43,535 nucleotides of DNA from an uncultured Enterobacteriaceae bacterium (GTDB lineage Bacteria; Pseudomonadota; Gammaproteobacteria; Eutrophobiales; Eutrophobiaceae): contig CAZJED010000003.1 in NCBI GenBank assembly GCA_964544965.1, positions 4,062 to 47,596 on the forward strand, in the 5' to 3' direction. Below the pieces are notes generated by a model. The model worked only from the letters and a program-made list of their open reading frames with translations, ran no database searches and was not told the DNA's origin. A program made the translations under genes and the position numbers. This document shows, in pieces, positions 42,228 through 43,535 of the stretch (the first letter of the stretch is position 1; the number at the start of each line of letters is the position of its first letter).

Positions 42228-43535
42228 TTACATCATACCGCCCATACCACCCATACCACCCATATCAGGCATTGGTGGGTGCGCAGTTTCTTCTTTTGGT
42301 ATCTCGGCAACCATTGCCTCGGTAGTCAACAACAAACCTGCAACAGATGCTGCATTTTGCAGTGCCGAACGGGATACCTTTGTCGGATCAAGAATACCCA
42401 TTTCTATCATATCTCCAAAATCGCCACTAGCTGCGTTGTAACCATAATTGCCTTTACCGTCAGCAACTGTATTCAAAATAACAGAAGCTTCTTCGCCTGC
42501 ATTACTTACAATCTGACGCAGAGGTTCTTCAAGCGCTCGTTTTAAAATATTGACTCCAATCTCTTGGTCATCATTAGCGCCTTTGACCTTATCAACGACA
42601 GATTTGACACGAATTAGCGCAACTCCGCCACCAGGGACAACCCCTTCTTCGACAGCTGCACGTGTTGAATGTAATGCATCCTCAACTCTCGCTTTCTTTT
42701 CTTTCATTTCAATTTCTGTCGCAGCTCCAACTTTAATAACAGCAACACCGCCAGCCAATTTAGCTACGCGCTCTTGTAGTTTCTCACGATCATAATCAGA
42801 AGTTGTATCTTCAATTTGTTGACGTATCTGTGTAACACGTCCTTCAATTTCAGAAGTTTTACCTGCACCATCAATAATTGTGGTATTTTCCTTTGAGATT
42901 TGTACTCGTTTAGCGCTACCTAAATCATCCAAACCTGTTTTTTCCAAACTCAAGCCAACCTCTTCAGAGATCACTGTGCCAGAAGTTAATATTGCTATAT
43001 CTTCTAGCATTGCTTTACGTCGATCACCGAAACCGGGGGCTTTAACAGCGGCTACTTTAACAATACCCCTCATATTATTAACAACAAGTGTTGCCAATGC
43101 TTCTCCCTCAATATCTTCCGCAATAATCAACAGGGGTTTACCTGCTTTTGCAACTCCCTCAAGCAAAGGTAACAAATCACGAACATTAGATATCTTTTTA
43201 TCATGCAAAAGAATAAAAGGTGCTTCTAATTCTACGCTCATAGTTTGTTGGTCATTAATAAAATATGGAGAAAGATAGCCGCGATCAAATTGCATGCCTT
43301 CGACAACATCTAACTCATTCTCAAGACCCGAACCTTCTTCAACAGTAATTACACCTTCTTTGCCAACTTTTTCCATTGACTCAGCAATGATATTACCGAT
43401 ATCTTCGTCCGAATTTGCAGAGATTGTCCCAACCTGAGCAATTGCTTTGGTATCCTCACATGGCTTTGACATCGATTTCAATTCCTCAACTGCTGCACTT
43501 ACAGCCTTATCGATGCCTCGTTTAATATCCATAGG
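42228..43535 (-). CDS. groEL: Chaperonin GroEL, C-terminal ~435 codons (5' end beyond the right edge)
   Basis: ...[12 protein letters not shown]...[19 protein letters not shown]...GGGVALIR... with a C-terminal GGM repeat tail ([11 protein letters not shown]). The frame stays open to position 43535. Confidence 0.97.
   Translation of the reverse strand, partial: PMDIKRGIDKAVSAAVEELKSMSKPCEDTKAIAQVGTISANSDEDIGNIIAESMEKVGKEGVITVEEGSGLENELDVVEGMQFDRGYLSPYFINDQQTMSVELEAPFILLHDKKISNVRDLLPLLEGVAKAGKPLLIIAEDIEGEALATLVVNNMRGIVKVAAVKAPGFGDRRKAMLEDIAILTSGTVISEEVGLSLEKTGLDDLGSAKRVQISKENTTIIDGAGKTSEIEGRVTQIRQQIEDTTSDYDREKLQERVAKLAGGVAVIKVGAATEIEMKEKKARVEDALHSTRAAVEEGVVPGGGVALIRVKSVVDKVKGANDDQEIGVNILKRALEEPLRQIVSNAGEEASVILNTVADGKGNYGYNAASGDFGDMIEMGILDPTKVSRSALQNAASVAGLLLTTEAMVAEIPKEETAHPPMPDMGGMGGMGGMM

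Noticed and set aside
42205-42441. ORF with a PPIPPIPPI repeat and the 9-nt periodic repeat CATACCACC
   Set aside because: It is the reverse complement of the GroEL C-terminal GGM repeat tail ([11 protein letters not shown]). It is not an independent gene or repeat element.

Overview
The window is 43.5 kb of AT-rich, very gene-dense chromosome. Gene content and local synteny point to a gammaproteobacterium: thiD-thiE-hemL, glmU-atpCDGAHFEBI-parBA-rsmG-mnmG, glyQS-gmhB-plsC, glnA-ntrBC and rhlB-trxA-rho. I call 43 complete protein genes, a 3'-partial groEL at the right edge, an 81-codon argC fragment and a short unidentified partial ORF at the left edge. I found no rRNA, tRNA, CRISPR array, IS element or obvious prophage or defence content. 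Nearly everything is conserved housekeeping, and I do not see a convincing new multi-gene system. The leads worth a second look are these. (1) The first ~125 nt are ~52% GC and abut a truncated argC, so this is either a foreign-DNA junction or a chimeric join. (2) A near-consensus minus-strand promoter and a strong UUCG-tetraloop terminator sit in the 376-nt argC/tlpA-like spacer and would make an ~85-nt candidate sRNA. (3) A tightly packed GldA/GldF/GldG-like ABC operon with a DUF4340-like gene has no known role outside gliding Bacteroidetes. (4) The nitrogen-control cluster has two sigma-54-type promoters and NtrC-type dyads. (5) A 12/16 parS-like site lies inside a dehydrogenase gene, 4.4 kb from parA. 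(6) An lptM/yifL-type mini-lipoprotein gene upstream of lysA is absent from the ORF track. All calls rest on reading the sequence and recalling family motifs. No database search was run.
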